From a virus: 64,000 nt of DNA. Below the pieces are notes generated by a model. That model ran no database searches. It was not told the DNA's origin and saw nothing but the letters and a program-made list of their open reading frames with translations. The translations under genes were made by a program, and so were the position numbers. Below, piece by piece: positions 47,378-63,607 of this stretch. Location: positions 1 to 64,000 of the IMG/VR virus record IMGVR_UViG_3300007072_000008; one strand, written 5' to 3'. Positions within the stretch are counted from its first letter, which is position 1. Each line of letters opens with the position of its first letter.

Positions 47378-48222
47378 TTATAAAAGTATCTAGCCATATT
47401 GATTGGCTTGAGAGTTCGGAGAGTAGTGATATTAATAGACCAAGTATTAGCAAATCTGCTATGGATGCTTTTGAAGCGGTGGTACACAAGAGAGCCGCTA
47501 ACCTAAGAGCATTAGGCATGTCTGATGACCAAATTGCTGTTAAATTTAATCTACAGAAAGATTACATATCTAATTTACTTAAACCAGTCACTAAAGTAGC
47601 TTGTGCTTGTGAATCAAGACCTGAACCAACACCCAAAGACAATTATGCTGATGGTGCGTTACAGGCGTATAATGCACTTCATAATATCAAAAACTCTAAA
47701 GAATTTAATAATAAGCCTATATTGGCACACAAAATATTAGCGTCTAGAAAAGGCGATATTACTGATATAGGGGGTCCGCGTAGACAGATAAAATTTGATT
47801 CGTCTAATAGTATTTGGGACAGCGAGGTTTTAAGCCGGCAGTCAAAAATTAAAGGTAACGATGAAAAACTGAAAACCAAGAAAGAGAAAATAGCGCAGCA
47901 AAGAGAGGAAATGAAAGAAATATCTAGATACCAAACTATAGACGGCAAATCATTAAAAGAGTATATAGAAAATAATGATTTGACAAAAGGAAATAGTATA
48001 CAAAGTTTGTCTGGCAAAGAAAGTTATTCGTATGATAAAAAAATTCCTATTAATGGGATAAGCATTTTTGAAAATAGTTTCGATAAAATCCCTGAAAAAA
48101 CAGAAGGTGAAAAGCTAGCAAATAAGGTGTCGAAAAATGATCGTAGCTGGTTAAATAATACTAAATCTTTAACTACTAAAGATATATTTAATAAAATGGT
48201 AGACAGCTTAACTGGGAAATAA
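47374..48222 (+). CDS. Hypothetical head-region protein
   Basis: AAGGAG SD, ATGA overlap. Confidence 0.8.
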   Translation: MIIKVSSHIDWLESSESSDINRPSISKSAMDAFEAVVHKRAANLRALGMSDDQIAVKFNLQKDYISNLLKPVTKVACACESRPEPTPKDNYADGALQAYNALHNIKNSKEFNNKPILAHKILASRKGDITDIGGPRRQIKFDSSNSIWDSEVLSRQSKIKGNDEKLKTKKEKIAQQREEMKEISRYQTIDGKSLKEYIENNDLTKGNSIQSLSGKESYSYDKKIPINGISIFENSFDKIPEKTEGEKLANKVSKNDRSWLNNTKSLTTKDIFNKMVDSLTGK

Positions 48223-48223
48223 C

Positions 48224-50218
48224 ATGCCTAATAAAACAATTGATACTTTAACTGGTTTAGAAGAGCAAATGGAAGAAGCAGTAGATATTGCGATTGGTGG
48301 GCAACCTTTAAAACCAGATGGGACTCCTATAACCGATCCTGCTGAATTAAAACAATATAACGCAGAAACCCAACAAATGGGTGATAAAATTAAGGGATTA
48401 GGAGATGTTATTAAAGAAATTGGTAATCAAAAGAAAGACATGAGTGAAGAATTAACAGAAACACTAGCTTCTACATATTTTTCTATCAAAGATGCTCAAC
48501 TAAATAATTTGCCAGATGTTGCTAGAAATGAATTTACTAGCACCACTCAGGGTGGGGTGTCCTCGCAGGGAGGTGCTGGAGATTTAGAAGAAGATATATT
48601 ATTAGAAAATTCTAATTCGGAATTTTCTATTGAAAATATGCATTTTTCTAGTGCTTCTGATGTGATTGATGCTTTAGAAGCAATAGGCAACCCAGAAGAA
48701 GCGTCTCAACAGTTTTTTAGACGTTTTGGTAAAGATAACGGATTTACAGAAGACCCCGATATGCCTGGTCGTATTAGCGCAGACGATGATACGATTCGAG
48801 ATCCGATCAATGAATTTTTTAGTACCAATGATAAAGATGTGAAAGAAAAAATAGCTGAATTTTTATACACAACTGTAATATCAGAAGATGCAAAAGAAGA
48901 GGACACCGTGCCCCCAAAAGAAGAAGGGGCTAATGATAATTCTTTAAACAACACACTGTCCTATATACATCCCGCAATCATAAAAATTGTTAAGTATACT
49001 GAAAATTACATCAAAAAAATAGCAGAAGAACATCATAAAAATGTACCCTACAATTCTTCTTTTAATTTGGTAAAAGAAGCTCAGCATAAGAGTTTTGAAA
49101 ACGTTATTATGTATGGTCCTAGTGATAAGGTAGATGCGTTTACTGGAATGCCTATTTCAGATTGGCATTTAGTAGAACGTAATAAAGGTTTTGGGCTAAA
49201 AATTGAAGAAATTTGGAATATAGACTGGGAAGTATTGTGGCGCGGTTATGTGATGGATAAATATTCGGCTCCACATAAGGATAAAGATGGGAATTGGGTT
49301 GGTGGCTATATTCAAGATCGTTTTGAGGTCGATAAATATATTCCGTCTTATAATAATATGCAATTGGCTCCTGGCGAGCGTCGTCGGGCTACACCTCCAG
49401 AATATAGTCATACTGAAGCTCGTTTAGAAGCTGCCCGTGAAAAAGGCAAACCTTTTAATTGGGCCAAAGAAGCATCTTCTGTGCAAACAGTCAACAAGTA
49501 TGCTAAAAATAAGAGAGGGCAAACAGCTTCTATAAATATATATGCTTCTGATAATGATTTATATGAGAAGGGCTATAAAGACGGAAAAGATGGCGAAGAG
49601 ATGGGTTTCCCGGATAACGATATATATATGTGTGGCTATTCAGAAGGGGTTAAAAGTAATAGAGAAATGTACAGGGAACATAAAGAAACAGATGAAGATA
49701 TAGTTGAAAATCTATCAAAAAAAAAAGTAATCCAGTCTAATAATTCTGGCATTTTTTCTGTCAAGGTAAAGCAACCGCAAAGATGGTGTCCTTATTGTGG
49801 TTCTAAAATGCGCAATGCTCTTACACCTACGGACCCGACGGGGGCTACAGGTCGTACTAAAAAATTTAAAGGCAATCCTGATGAATGTCCTAATTGTCAT
49901 AGAATAGTTATCAACCCACTTACTAGCGATCCACAAATGAACCGTTCTAATCCCGGTCAATCAGGAAGTCCAGTAAACATTCAAAATAATCAATATATAC
50001 AACAGGGTGTGCCATTAAAGGCTACTAGTGGCATCTTTTTTGATGGTAAACAATTTGTATGTTACAAGGAAGGACAAAAGACTTTGTTTGATACTTTTGA
50101 GGATGCAGAAAATTATAATAAAGACGATGAAGAATTGTGGGAAAAGCCTGTAGATATGATAAATGAGGAACAAGAGGAAATATTATCTACAATGGATAAT
50201 CTCGCTATAGATGGATAA
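48224..50218 (+). CDS. Hypothetical head-region protein directly upstream of the portal
   Basis: Conserved-looking core ERNKGFG...MDKYS...WVGGYIQDRFEVD; C-terminal Zn ribbon. Confidence 0.8.
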   Translation: MPNKTIDTLTGLEEQMEEAVDIAIGGQPLKPDGTPITDPAELKQYNAETQQMGDKIKGLGDVIKEIGNQKKDMSEELTETLASTYFSIKDAQLNNLPDVARNEFTSTTQGGVSSQGGAGDLEEDILLENSNSEFSIENMHFSSASDVIDALEAIGNPEEASQQFFRRFGKDNGFTEDPDMPGRISADDDTIRDPINEFFSTNDKDVKEKIAEFLYTTVISEDAKEEDTVPPKEEGANDNSLNNTLSYIHPAIIKIVKYTENYIKKIAEEHHKNVPYNSSFNLVKEAQHKSFENVIMYGPSDKVDAFTGMPISDWHLVERNKGFGLKIEEIWNIDWEVLWRGYVMDKYSAPHKDKDGNWVGGYIQDRFEVDKYIPSYNNMQLAPGERRRATPPEYSHTEARLEAAREKGKPFNWAKEASSVQTVNKYAKNKRGQTASINIYASDNDLYEKGYKDGKDGEEMGFPDNDIYMCGYSEGVKSNREMYREHKETDEDIVENLSKKKVIQSNNSGIFSVKVKQPQRWCPYCGSKMRNALTPTDPTGATGRTKKFKGNPDECPNCHRIVINPLTSDPQMNRSNPGQSGSPVNIQNNQYIQQGVPLKATSGIFFDGKQFVCYKEGQKTLFDTFEDAENYNKDDEELWEKPVDMINEEQEEILSTMDNLAIDG

Positions 50219-50230
50219 TGAGGTAAAAAA

Positions 50231-53200
50231 ATGCCAATTAAATTTTCAATGCCTGATAGTAGTCCTTCTGGAAAACGTAAGATATCTAATGCTAAAGGTT
50301 TACAACCGGATACACCTTTAACATCAAAAAGTTACGTCACTTCTGGTAGTGCTTATTTACCTATTACAAGAACATCGCAGTTTTCTGGGTATGGCGCAAA
50401 TGTAGCTATATCTCAGCCAATGTTTTTTTCGCCTATGTTTACTCCGCAATCTTGGCAGATTGCTAGTAGGCGCAAAGAGATTTATCAATGGCTGTTTATA
50501 AATCCTTGTGATGTAATGACTGAAGATTATACTTATTCAGGATTAACCGACATCTCGTTTGATTATAAAAAGGTTGTACAAGATACTTTAACTGGTGGGG
50601 TTTTATTTGAAGGTATTGATTATCCACCAATTATGGACAGTGAAGGCAATTTTAGAAAACCGCCACGATATTCAGAGAGAGAGTGTATAAATAAAAGAAT
50701 ATTTAAGTTTTATGCCATAGGCTATTGGAGAACAGTATCTATTTCTGAAGAGCATTATATTTTTGTGCTTGATGGTAGTGAGGGATTGATTAAACGCACT
50801 ATGTCATGTAATGTGAGTTCTAATGACTATTTATTAACACCAGTTCCTCATGTCGGTAATAAGTCTGTAGATAAAGATATGGCATGGCTTATTGGGCTAT
50901 TAGCTACAGATGGTTGTTTGTCAAAATCAGCTAGTGGCTCATATGCTGTACGCATTCCAGAACATTTACAAAAAGTTGTTGATGCTATATGGGGGCAACA
51001 GTGTGGAAATAACAATGTTTGGAGAGTAGATAGTGGACATGTGTGGGAAACAATTAAAGATTTTATTGTTTTAAATAATAAACACAGTTCAAAGAAATTT
51101 ACTAATTTTATTGCTCAGTTAGACAGAGAAAGTAGGTTGCATTTAATTGCAGGGTATTTAGATGGGGTTGGAAGTTTTGATGAAACAGGTGACATAGTAG
51201 TTAACATCAGTTCTTGTGATTTGTCGGATCAGTTATATGCATTGTTGTTATCAACTGATATTGTATGTAGTTTAAATAAAGTTCCTCTGCATGGGGGAAA
51301 TTATGCTTGTGCTACAAATTCGGAATGGTTTTATCGTATATGTATCCATAATTCCGAAGTGCATAAGATTGCTCCTTATATAAAGGGAGATAAAACGCCT
51401 TTTAATCAGCCAGCAAATTTAAAAAGAGGGCTAAGATTTTTTTATGAAAATAGTGGTATTAAGTACCTTTGTTCTCCTATCGCTAAGATAGAACAATTTT
51501 ATTATAATGGTAAGGGTTTTGATATTGAAATGACCAATGAGCGACATGCATTGGTTGCCGGTGGATACATTTGTTCTAATTCTAGGTTTTACTATGAGAA
51601 TGAACCCAAAGTAGCCGCTGGTGTAGATTTCTATAGTCAATTCCCGCTTTCGGGTTTTGTATTAGAGTGTAAAGATAAAAAGGTTTTATCCTATTTTGAA
51701 CAGATGGTTGAAGAATTAAGACTAGCCAATTGGTTACGTCTAATAAGTCATGAATATTTTTTATTAGGTGATGTATTCCCATTTTTAAGTATAGAGTGTC
51801 CACATTGTTCTGGTACTGGTATCAAACCCAATGGTAAGCCCTGTAATCATCCAGATGGTAAATTTAAGAGCATAACGGTACTAAATCCTGATTTTATAGA
51901 AGTTACAGATTCTCCGTTTCCTGATCAAAGACAAATATATTTAATACCTGATGAACAATTGCGCAAAACGGTATTAAGTAAAGAACCAAAGAATATATAT
52001 GATCGTATTCCTGATCAATTAAAGAAACTGATTGCATCTGGCCAAAACATTTTATTATCTCCACGTTCAGTCAGCCATATTAAGCATAGTGAATGTCCCT
52101 ATGGTAAATATGGCGTTTCTATGTTGCGCAGACTGTTTCATCCATTAGCTTATAAAACCAAGTTAATGACTGCAAATTGGATTGTGGCTGAAAGGTTAAT
52201 ATTACCAGTAAGAGTTATAAAGATTGGGGATAAAGATCGTCCTGCGGGTCCAGATGATATTGCGGATATGCAGCAGCAAATATCAGCATTGGCTAATGAT
52301 CCCAATTTAACTATAGTTACTCATCACGCTTTTGAGTATGATTATATTGGGGCTACTGGCAAAATACATAATATCACTTCTGAGTTAGAATATATTGGTA
52401 AAGAATTGTTAGATGGCTTAATGTTAAATCAAGCATTGTTGAATGGTGAAATGAGCGGATATGCATCTGCACAAGTAGGTATTGAAACATTAATTAAAAG
52501 ACTGGAGACCTGGCGTGCTACTTTATCAGATTGGATATATGAACATTTATTTAAACCTACAGCAATGATGCAGGGCTTTATAGATGAGGAAGCGACTAAA
52601 GAATTGGGTAAAACCAAATATTTATATCCAACTATTAAGTTTAATGATATGCAACTTAGAGATAAGACTAATAGGTTGCAAATGTTTATGCAATTGCACG
52701 ATAAGGGCTTAATTTCTACTGAAAAGTTATTAGAAGAATTTGATATCGACTATGATCAAGAAATGATTAGGATACGTAGACAACAGGTAATGTCATCGCC
52801 CGGTGGTCCTAGCGTAGGGGGCACTGGAGGAATAGCTGGCGGTGCTGGTGGCGGTATGCCTGTTATGGGTGGTATGGATATGATGGGTGGGCCACCGCCT
52901 GGTGGTGATATAGGCGGAATGCCTGGTGGGGATATGGGTGGCGGGGCTGGTGGTGCATCACCTCCTATGGGGGCGGCGGCGAGTTCCCAAAAAGTTTATA
53001 AGAAGGGGAAAGCTCCTAAAGCTAAAGACCATGAAATTAAAATGGTTGCTCCCTCTTTCGTGAAGCTTACTAGATTAGAACAGAAAACTTTAGGGATTAT
53101 ACAAGAATTACAGTTACCGTTTAAGTTGTATGGGCAATTTCAAAAGAAATTACCAGGAGAGCCTCAACCATTTGTTATGGATTTTGCTATGCCAGAAATA

Positions 53201-54583
53201 ATGGTTAATATCGAATGTTTACATCCAGATCAATTGGTTTCAACTGTTAATGGATCATTACCGGCATGTACCATTCAAGAAGGGGATAAATTAATAGGAC
53301 AAAACGGGGATGAAGTTGTTGTAGAAAGAAAAATAATTAATTTATGTACACATAACTTATTAAGTATAAAAGTTCTCGGGCATTTGCCTATTCATGTAAC
53401 AAAAAATCATCCTATGTTGGTAGCGAAGCCTAAAAAAGTGTCTAGATTGTCTGTTGAGCCAAATACAACCAGATATAGAACATATGTTGAACCAGGGGAT
53501 ATTTCTTTTATAAATGCTGATGAAATAAAAGTTGGCGATTTTTTGATGATGCCAAAATTTAAAACCGACACAATCGTAGAGCAAATAGATTTATCAGATT
53601 GTAACAAAATCGCCCCGAAAGGTAGTAAAATTTTACCCGATTCAATTGAAGCCACAGAAGAATTAGGCTGGCTTTTAGGGGTATATTTAGCAGAGGGTTG
53701 TTCCGATACAAATGGTTCTAATGTTGTATTTTCTTTTAATATTAATGAAATTGAATATGTAGAAAAAGTGCAGCTATTATTGAAAAATATATTTAATTTA
53801 GATTCAAAACTATATCATAATTTAACTGATCATTGCGCCAGAGTTAGTGTATCGAGCCATATTTTAGCTAGTTTTTTGCATAATTCATTTGGTCAGCATA
53901 CACATCTTAAAAAGCTTCCAAAATGGATATATCAAATGCCTGATATATTTATTGTTGGATTTGTGAGGGGATTTTTGGGAAGTGATGGTTGTGAAAATTT
54001 AAATATTATTCAAAGATATATATCATCTTCAGTGGCTTTATTGATGGATCTGCAAAGGCTTTTGACCAGATTGAACATTTTTGCCAATTTATGCCAATCT
54101 AGGTCACAAGGGACAGTCAATGGTTTGTGGGAATTAACCATATATTCGAATGTGCAGGAAAAGCAATTCTATGAAGATAATAATTATTTTTATATGCCAG
54201 TAAAAACGATTATTGAAATTCCATACACAGGCGATGTTATTAATTTTACTACTTCTGGTGTCAAGGAATCTAATCATACTTATTGCGTTGGCAATTTAAT
54301 TTCTCACAACTGCGACGGGGCCATATGGCATGAGCAGGAGGGTGCTAAAGAGCGTGATGCTGAACGTGATCGGAAATTAGCTTCTTATGGTTGGAGAGTG
54401 TTACGATTTACCGAACAGGCAATTAATCAAAATGCAGATCAAGTGAAGCAATTAATATATGAAAATGTGAAAGAGGCCGCTGAAGAACATTTTCATAGAA
54501 GGAAAACCGCAAGTTCTGTTGAAAAAATTACTAAACATGCTAGTGAGATAGATCACAACACAGATTTAGATGATAAATCGTGA
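50231..54583 (+). CDS. Portal protein with two inteins and a C-terminal DUF559/Vsr-like endonuclease domain
   Basis: Position between terminase and prohead protease; extein motifs RFYYENEPKVAAGVDFYSQFP, EYFLLGDVF, YGKYGVS; Gly/Pro-rich tail; DFA...IECDG..WH...RD..L...GWRVLRF. Confidence 0.88.
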   Translation: MPIKFSMPDSSPSGKRKISNAKGLQPDTPLTSKSYVTSGSAYLPITRTSQFSGYGANVAISQPMFFSPMFTPQSWQIASRRKEIYQWLFINPCDVMTEDYTYSGLTDISFDYKKVVQDTLTGGVLFEGIDYPPIMDSEGNFRKPPRYSERECINKRIFKFYAIGYWRTVSISEEHYIFVLDGSEGLIKRTMSCNVSSNDYLLTPVPHVGNKSVDKDMAWLIGLLATDGCLSKSASGSYAVRIPEHLQKVVDAIWGQQCGNNNVWRVDSGHVWETIKDFIVLNNKHSSKKFTNFIAQLDRESRLHLIAGYLDGVGSFDETGDIVVNISSCDLSDQLYALLLSTDIVCSLNKVPLHGGNYACATNSEWFYRICIHNSEVHKIAPYIKGDKTPFNQPANLKRGLRFFYENSGIKYLCSPIAKIEQFYYNGKGFDIEMTNERHALVAGGYICSNSRFYYENEPKVAAGVDFYSQFPLSGFVLECKDKKVLSYFEQMVEELRLANWLRLISHEYFLLGDVFPFLSIECPHCSGTGIKPNGKPCNHPDGKFKSITVLNPDFIEVTDSPFPDQRQIYLIPDEQLRKTVLSKEPKNIYDRIPDQLKKLIASGQNILLSPRSVSHIKHSECPYGKYGVSMLRRLFHPLAYKTKLMTANWIVAERLILPVRVIKIGDKDRPAGPDDIADMQQQISALANDPNLTIVTHHAFEYDYIGATGKIHNITSELEYIGKELLDGLMLNQALLNGEMSGYASAQVGIETLIKRLETWRATLSDWIYEHLFKPTAMMQGFIDEEATKELGKTKYLYPTIKFNDMQLRDKTNRLQMFMQLHDKGLISTEKLLEEFDIDYDQEMIRIRRQQVMSSPGGPSVGGTGGIAGGAGGGMPVMGGMDMMGGPPPGGDIGGMPGGDMGGGAGGASPPMGAAASSQKVYKKGKAPKAKDHEIKMVAPSFVKLTRLEQKTLGIIQELQLPFKLYGQFQKKLPGEPQPFVMDFAMPEIMVNIECLHPDQLVSTVNGSLPACTIQEGDKLIGQNGDEVVVERKIINLCTHNLLSIKVLGHLPIHVTKNHPMLVAKPKKVSRLSVEPNTTRYRTYVEPGDISFINADEIKVGDFLMMPKFKTDTIVEQIDLSDCNKIAPKGSKILPDSIEATEELGWLLGVYLAEGCSDTNGSNVVFSFNINEIEYVEKVQLLLKNIFNLDSKLYHNLTDHCARVSVSSHILASFLHNSFGQHTHLKKLPKWIYQMPDIFIVGFVRGFLGSDGCENLNIIQRYISSSVALLMDLQRLLTRLNIFANLCQSRSQGTVNGLWELTIYSNVQEKQFYEDNNYFYMPVKTIIEIPYTGDVINFTTSGVKESNHTYCVGNLISHNCDGAIWHEQEGAKERDAERDRKLASYGWRVLRFTEQAINQNADQVKQLIYENVKEAAEEHFHRRKTASSVEKITKHASEIDHNTDLDDKS
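50492..51580 (+). mobile_element. Intein 1 (363 aa, LAGLIDADG-type), atypical termini
   Basis: Boundaries EIYQW|LFINPC...GGYICSN|SRFYY; LIGLLATDG and LIAGYLDGVG endonuclease motifs; block B SEEH. Confidence 0.8.
53216..54310 (+). mobile_element. Intein 2 (365 aa, LAGLIDADG-type)
   Basis: Boundaries VNIE|CLHPDQ...TKNHP...LGVYLAEG...FVRGFLGSDG...ISHN|CDG. Confidence 0.92.
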
Positions 54584-54610
54584 AGATTAGATCTATTAGT
54601 GGAGTGGATA

Positions 54611-55033
54611 ATGGAACCATTCAATTTAACAAAAATATCTGGTCGAAAAAGAATTAAGGATCGTGGGATTAATTGGAAAGAGAGATATCGAGAAAAATCA
54701 TTGACGTTAAAGAAACGTTATGATAAACAGATTGGACAGGGAGCTTATAGGCGATGGGAGGGGCATGATTATACAACGAATTCGGACTATTATGTAGTAG
54801 TTGGCCCGACTGTACAAAGCGATTTTGGTAAGTGTTTTTTTGCTGGAATTAAGAAGTTGCCAAAAGACCCTCATAAAAAAGTATATAGTCCTAGTGGGGA
54901 ATATTTTATTAATATTATAGCTGCATATTCACATGCTAGTAATAAGTGGGGGGTCCCATTTCCTACCGGTCAAATAGCTTATACACAGGCACATTTGGTT
55001 GATGTAAAAATTCCTGAACATATTAAAGGATAA
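54611..55033 (+). CDS. Conserved hypothetical protein
   Basis: ATG at 54611 after a GGAG-like SD. Confidence 0.75.
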   Translation: MEPFNLTKISGRKRIKDRGINWKERYREKSLTLKKRYDKQIGQGAYRRWEGHDYTTNSDYYVVVGPTVQSDFGKCFFAGIKKLPKDPHKKVYSPSGEYFINIIAAYSHASNKWGVPFPTGQIAYTQAHLVDVKIPEHIKG

Positions 55034-55038
55034 AAGAC

Positions 55039-56981
55039 ATGAATGAGTATACTCTTAAACAATTAATTAGTAAATTAACCGGCGTAGAGCTAGTACGTAC
55101 AGGAATGGCTCGTCATATGCAGGGAGTAAATATAAAAAATCGTATGTTAGAGTGGAAACCTTGGAGCATGAGTGGTGAACTTCCTAATTATGTAAAGCAA
55201 TATATAGACAAACGACTGTTGGATTGGGAAACAACATTTGGAGATAGTGTAGCATTTGCTTTATTTGCTATAGATCCTTCTGTTACTGATGAAGATTTGG
55301 CACGTTTAGATGAGTCAAATCATCCTAGGAAAGACGAGATTAGAGAGGTGGTTGATCGGATAGTAATAGAGAGTGGTATTCCTCTTTTGCAGAGCAAAAC
55401 TGAGGCTTCCATGAGAAGGCCAGGTATACAGGTGGGCGGTGATTTTAACGGAAGTGAATCACATGCACAGGCATACGGTTGGGCTTGGGGAGCAGAAAAG
55501 GCATATCCAGACGAAGATACTCGTCAGGTGAAGCATTTGACTCAAGTGGAGCAGTCAAGGCACTTACGTAAAGCTGAAAATTATAAGAGGCTACGAGAGG
55601 ATGGTCAATTACCGAACTGGTATGCAACTCCTAAAGTATTTACACCAGTGGTAGCTCCAGTTGGAGGTGGTTTTGGTTTATTTTTAAAGAATATATATGA
55701 TGATACTTTAATGAATATTATTTCGCCTAGCATATTAGCTTTACAGGCTAAGTTGTTAGATAAAGAAGTTGATGATTTAGATTCGAATATGGATTTATCG
55801 GTGAAAGTATTAAGGCACACCAGTACTATTAATACATTTTTTGCCAACACAGTACAACAGGGAAAACAGACTATTAGAAGCAATTTCGCCCCTGGTAGGC
55901 GAATGTTTTTATTAGATAGTCCGAACGATCCAAATCCAAAACCCATATATCCTAAAAGGTCGGACACACCGGATAAAATAGATCCTGTGTTTCAGGGGAG
56001 AACTATATCTGATTTTGCTACTGCAAAGCAGTATAAAAATCAGATTAAATATACTAAATTTGATGATCGTTTATATATTTTAAAATTAAAGCTAAATGGT
56101 TTATTATTTTGGGAAAATGTTCAAGATCCTAGCAAAGTTTTTAACGCTACAGAAGAACAAATTAATACATTTAATTGCTATAAAGGACGGATATTTCAAA
56201 TTTCCAATTTTGTAAGAAATAAATATAAATTTACAACATATGCACAAAAAGCACAATATGAGAAAGACTGTAATTTATTGAATGAATTTCGTGATTTTAT
56301 TAGAACTTTGCCAGAGTCACAGAAAAAAAACGATTTAGGGGAATTGTTATATATTGGACCTGATGGGAACCCTACAACAGAAGATACTGGACAACCTCTT
56401 TATAATCGTCGTAGGACAGATGTTCCTACAAATAATATTATAGTATTATTAATATCTCCTAGATTTAGCATATCTAGAATGGTAGGCAAAAATCAGGCTG
56501 AAGGAAGACTCCTTAATCCTAACTATGAATCTGACAAACCTTCTTTGGTGTGGCATAGAGGCCGATTCACAGCTAAACGGGAAGTGTGGTCGGTATGTGA
56601 ACGTCAGTATTCTATATCTCGTTTAAAACAACAGCGAATGCAGTTTACCCCCATGAACACTGTTATAGAAAAACCAACTTGTAAAGAAGCAGTTGAAGAA
56701 GCGAAAATCCGATTTAGAATACCAGATACAGCCTTGCCTACTGAAGCTCAAATCCAAGCTGCTCAAACATTATATGATAAAAAACAGGCGGCTCTGCAAG
56801 CACTGGGTGAGGAGAGGGGGGTATATGATTCAGAGGTAGCCCAAGAGACATCCGCAGTACCAGAAGAAGGCATGGTGGCTGACAATAACGTTGACAATAA
56901 TGATGTAAATGATGTAGATGATGTAGATGATGTAGATAATAACATACTAGCTCGTGTTAAACAACATTACTATAAAATAAT

Positions 56982-56985
<4 letters not shown>
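55039..56985 (+). CDS. Hypothetical head-region protein
   Basis: 648 aa, acidic tail. Confidence 0.8.
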
Positions 56986-62924
<5,939 letters not shown>

Positions 62925-62965
62925 GTTGATTGCTTCCTTAGAAGCAACAACAGGAGAAAATATAT

Positions 62966-63553
62966 ATGGCTTTAATTGTATTACATCACACAGTGGTTGA
63001 CGCCTTCGATGTCAACCCGAACACGGCATGGTCTTCTTCTAATCGTATCGTACAGGGATCGGTCGTTGGTGTAGATAATTCAACTGGTTATTTGTCGTTA
63101 CCGTCTTCAACTGCATTCCCCTTGGGTATCGCAGGCGACAATGCTACTGATGAATATAAAACTACAGCTTATGCTGCTCAGTTGGTTGTCTCCCCAAGCG
63201 GAAAAACCCGCTGGACTAGCAATCGTGTTTCAGATATGTTTAATGAAACCATGGCTTCTGGTAAAATGACCGTATACGTAGGATCTGGTGTGTTTGCTAC
63301 CGATCAGTATCTAACACATAACACTTTCACGGTCGGTCAACCAGTTTATGCAACCTCTAATGGTGTGTTAACATCTACTGCGGGTAATGCTGGTACCTTT
63401 GGAGCACGAGTAGTGGGATATGTAACTAAAACCCCAACCTCGTACCCAAGCGGTGTTCCCGGTGCTGATACTGATGCAACACTTGGTGCTGCCGCACAAG
63501 GTGGTACAACTATGTCGTTGGGTCAGTTCTTAACTTTCCACTTAAGCATTTAA
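62966..63553 (+). CDS. Head decoration/cement protein
   Basis: AGGAG SD; PLGIAGD...SGKMTVY..G.F.TDQY...GVLT; immediately precedes the MCP. Confidence 0.75.
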   Translation: MALIVLHHTVVDAFDVNPNTAWSSSNRIVQGSVVGVDNSTGYLSLPSSTAFPLGIAGDNATDEYKTTAYAAQLVVSPSGKTRWTSNRVSDMFNETMASGKMTVYVGSGVFATDQYLTHNTFTVGQPVYATSNGVLTSTAGNAGTFGARVVGYVTKTPTSYPSGVPGADTDATLGAAAQGGTTMSLGQFLTFHLSI

Positions 63554-63607
63554 TAGTTGTCTAATAAGTTCTATTGAACTGTTTTAGAAACTATAAGGAG
63601 AAAATAT

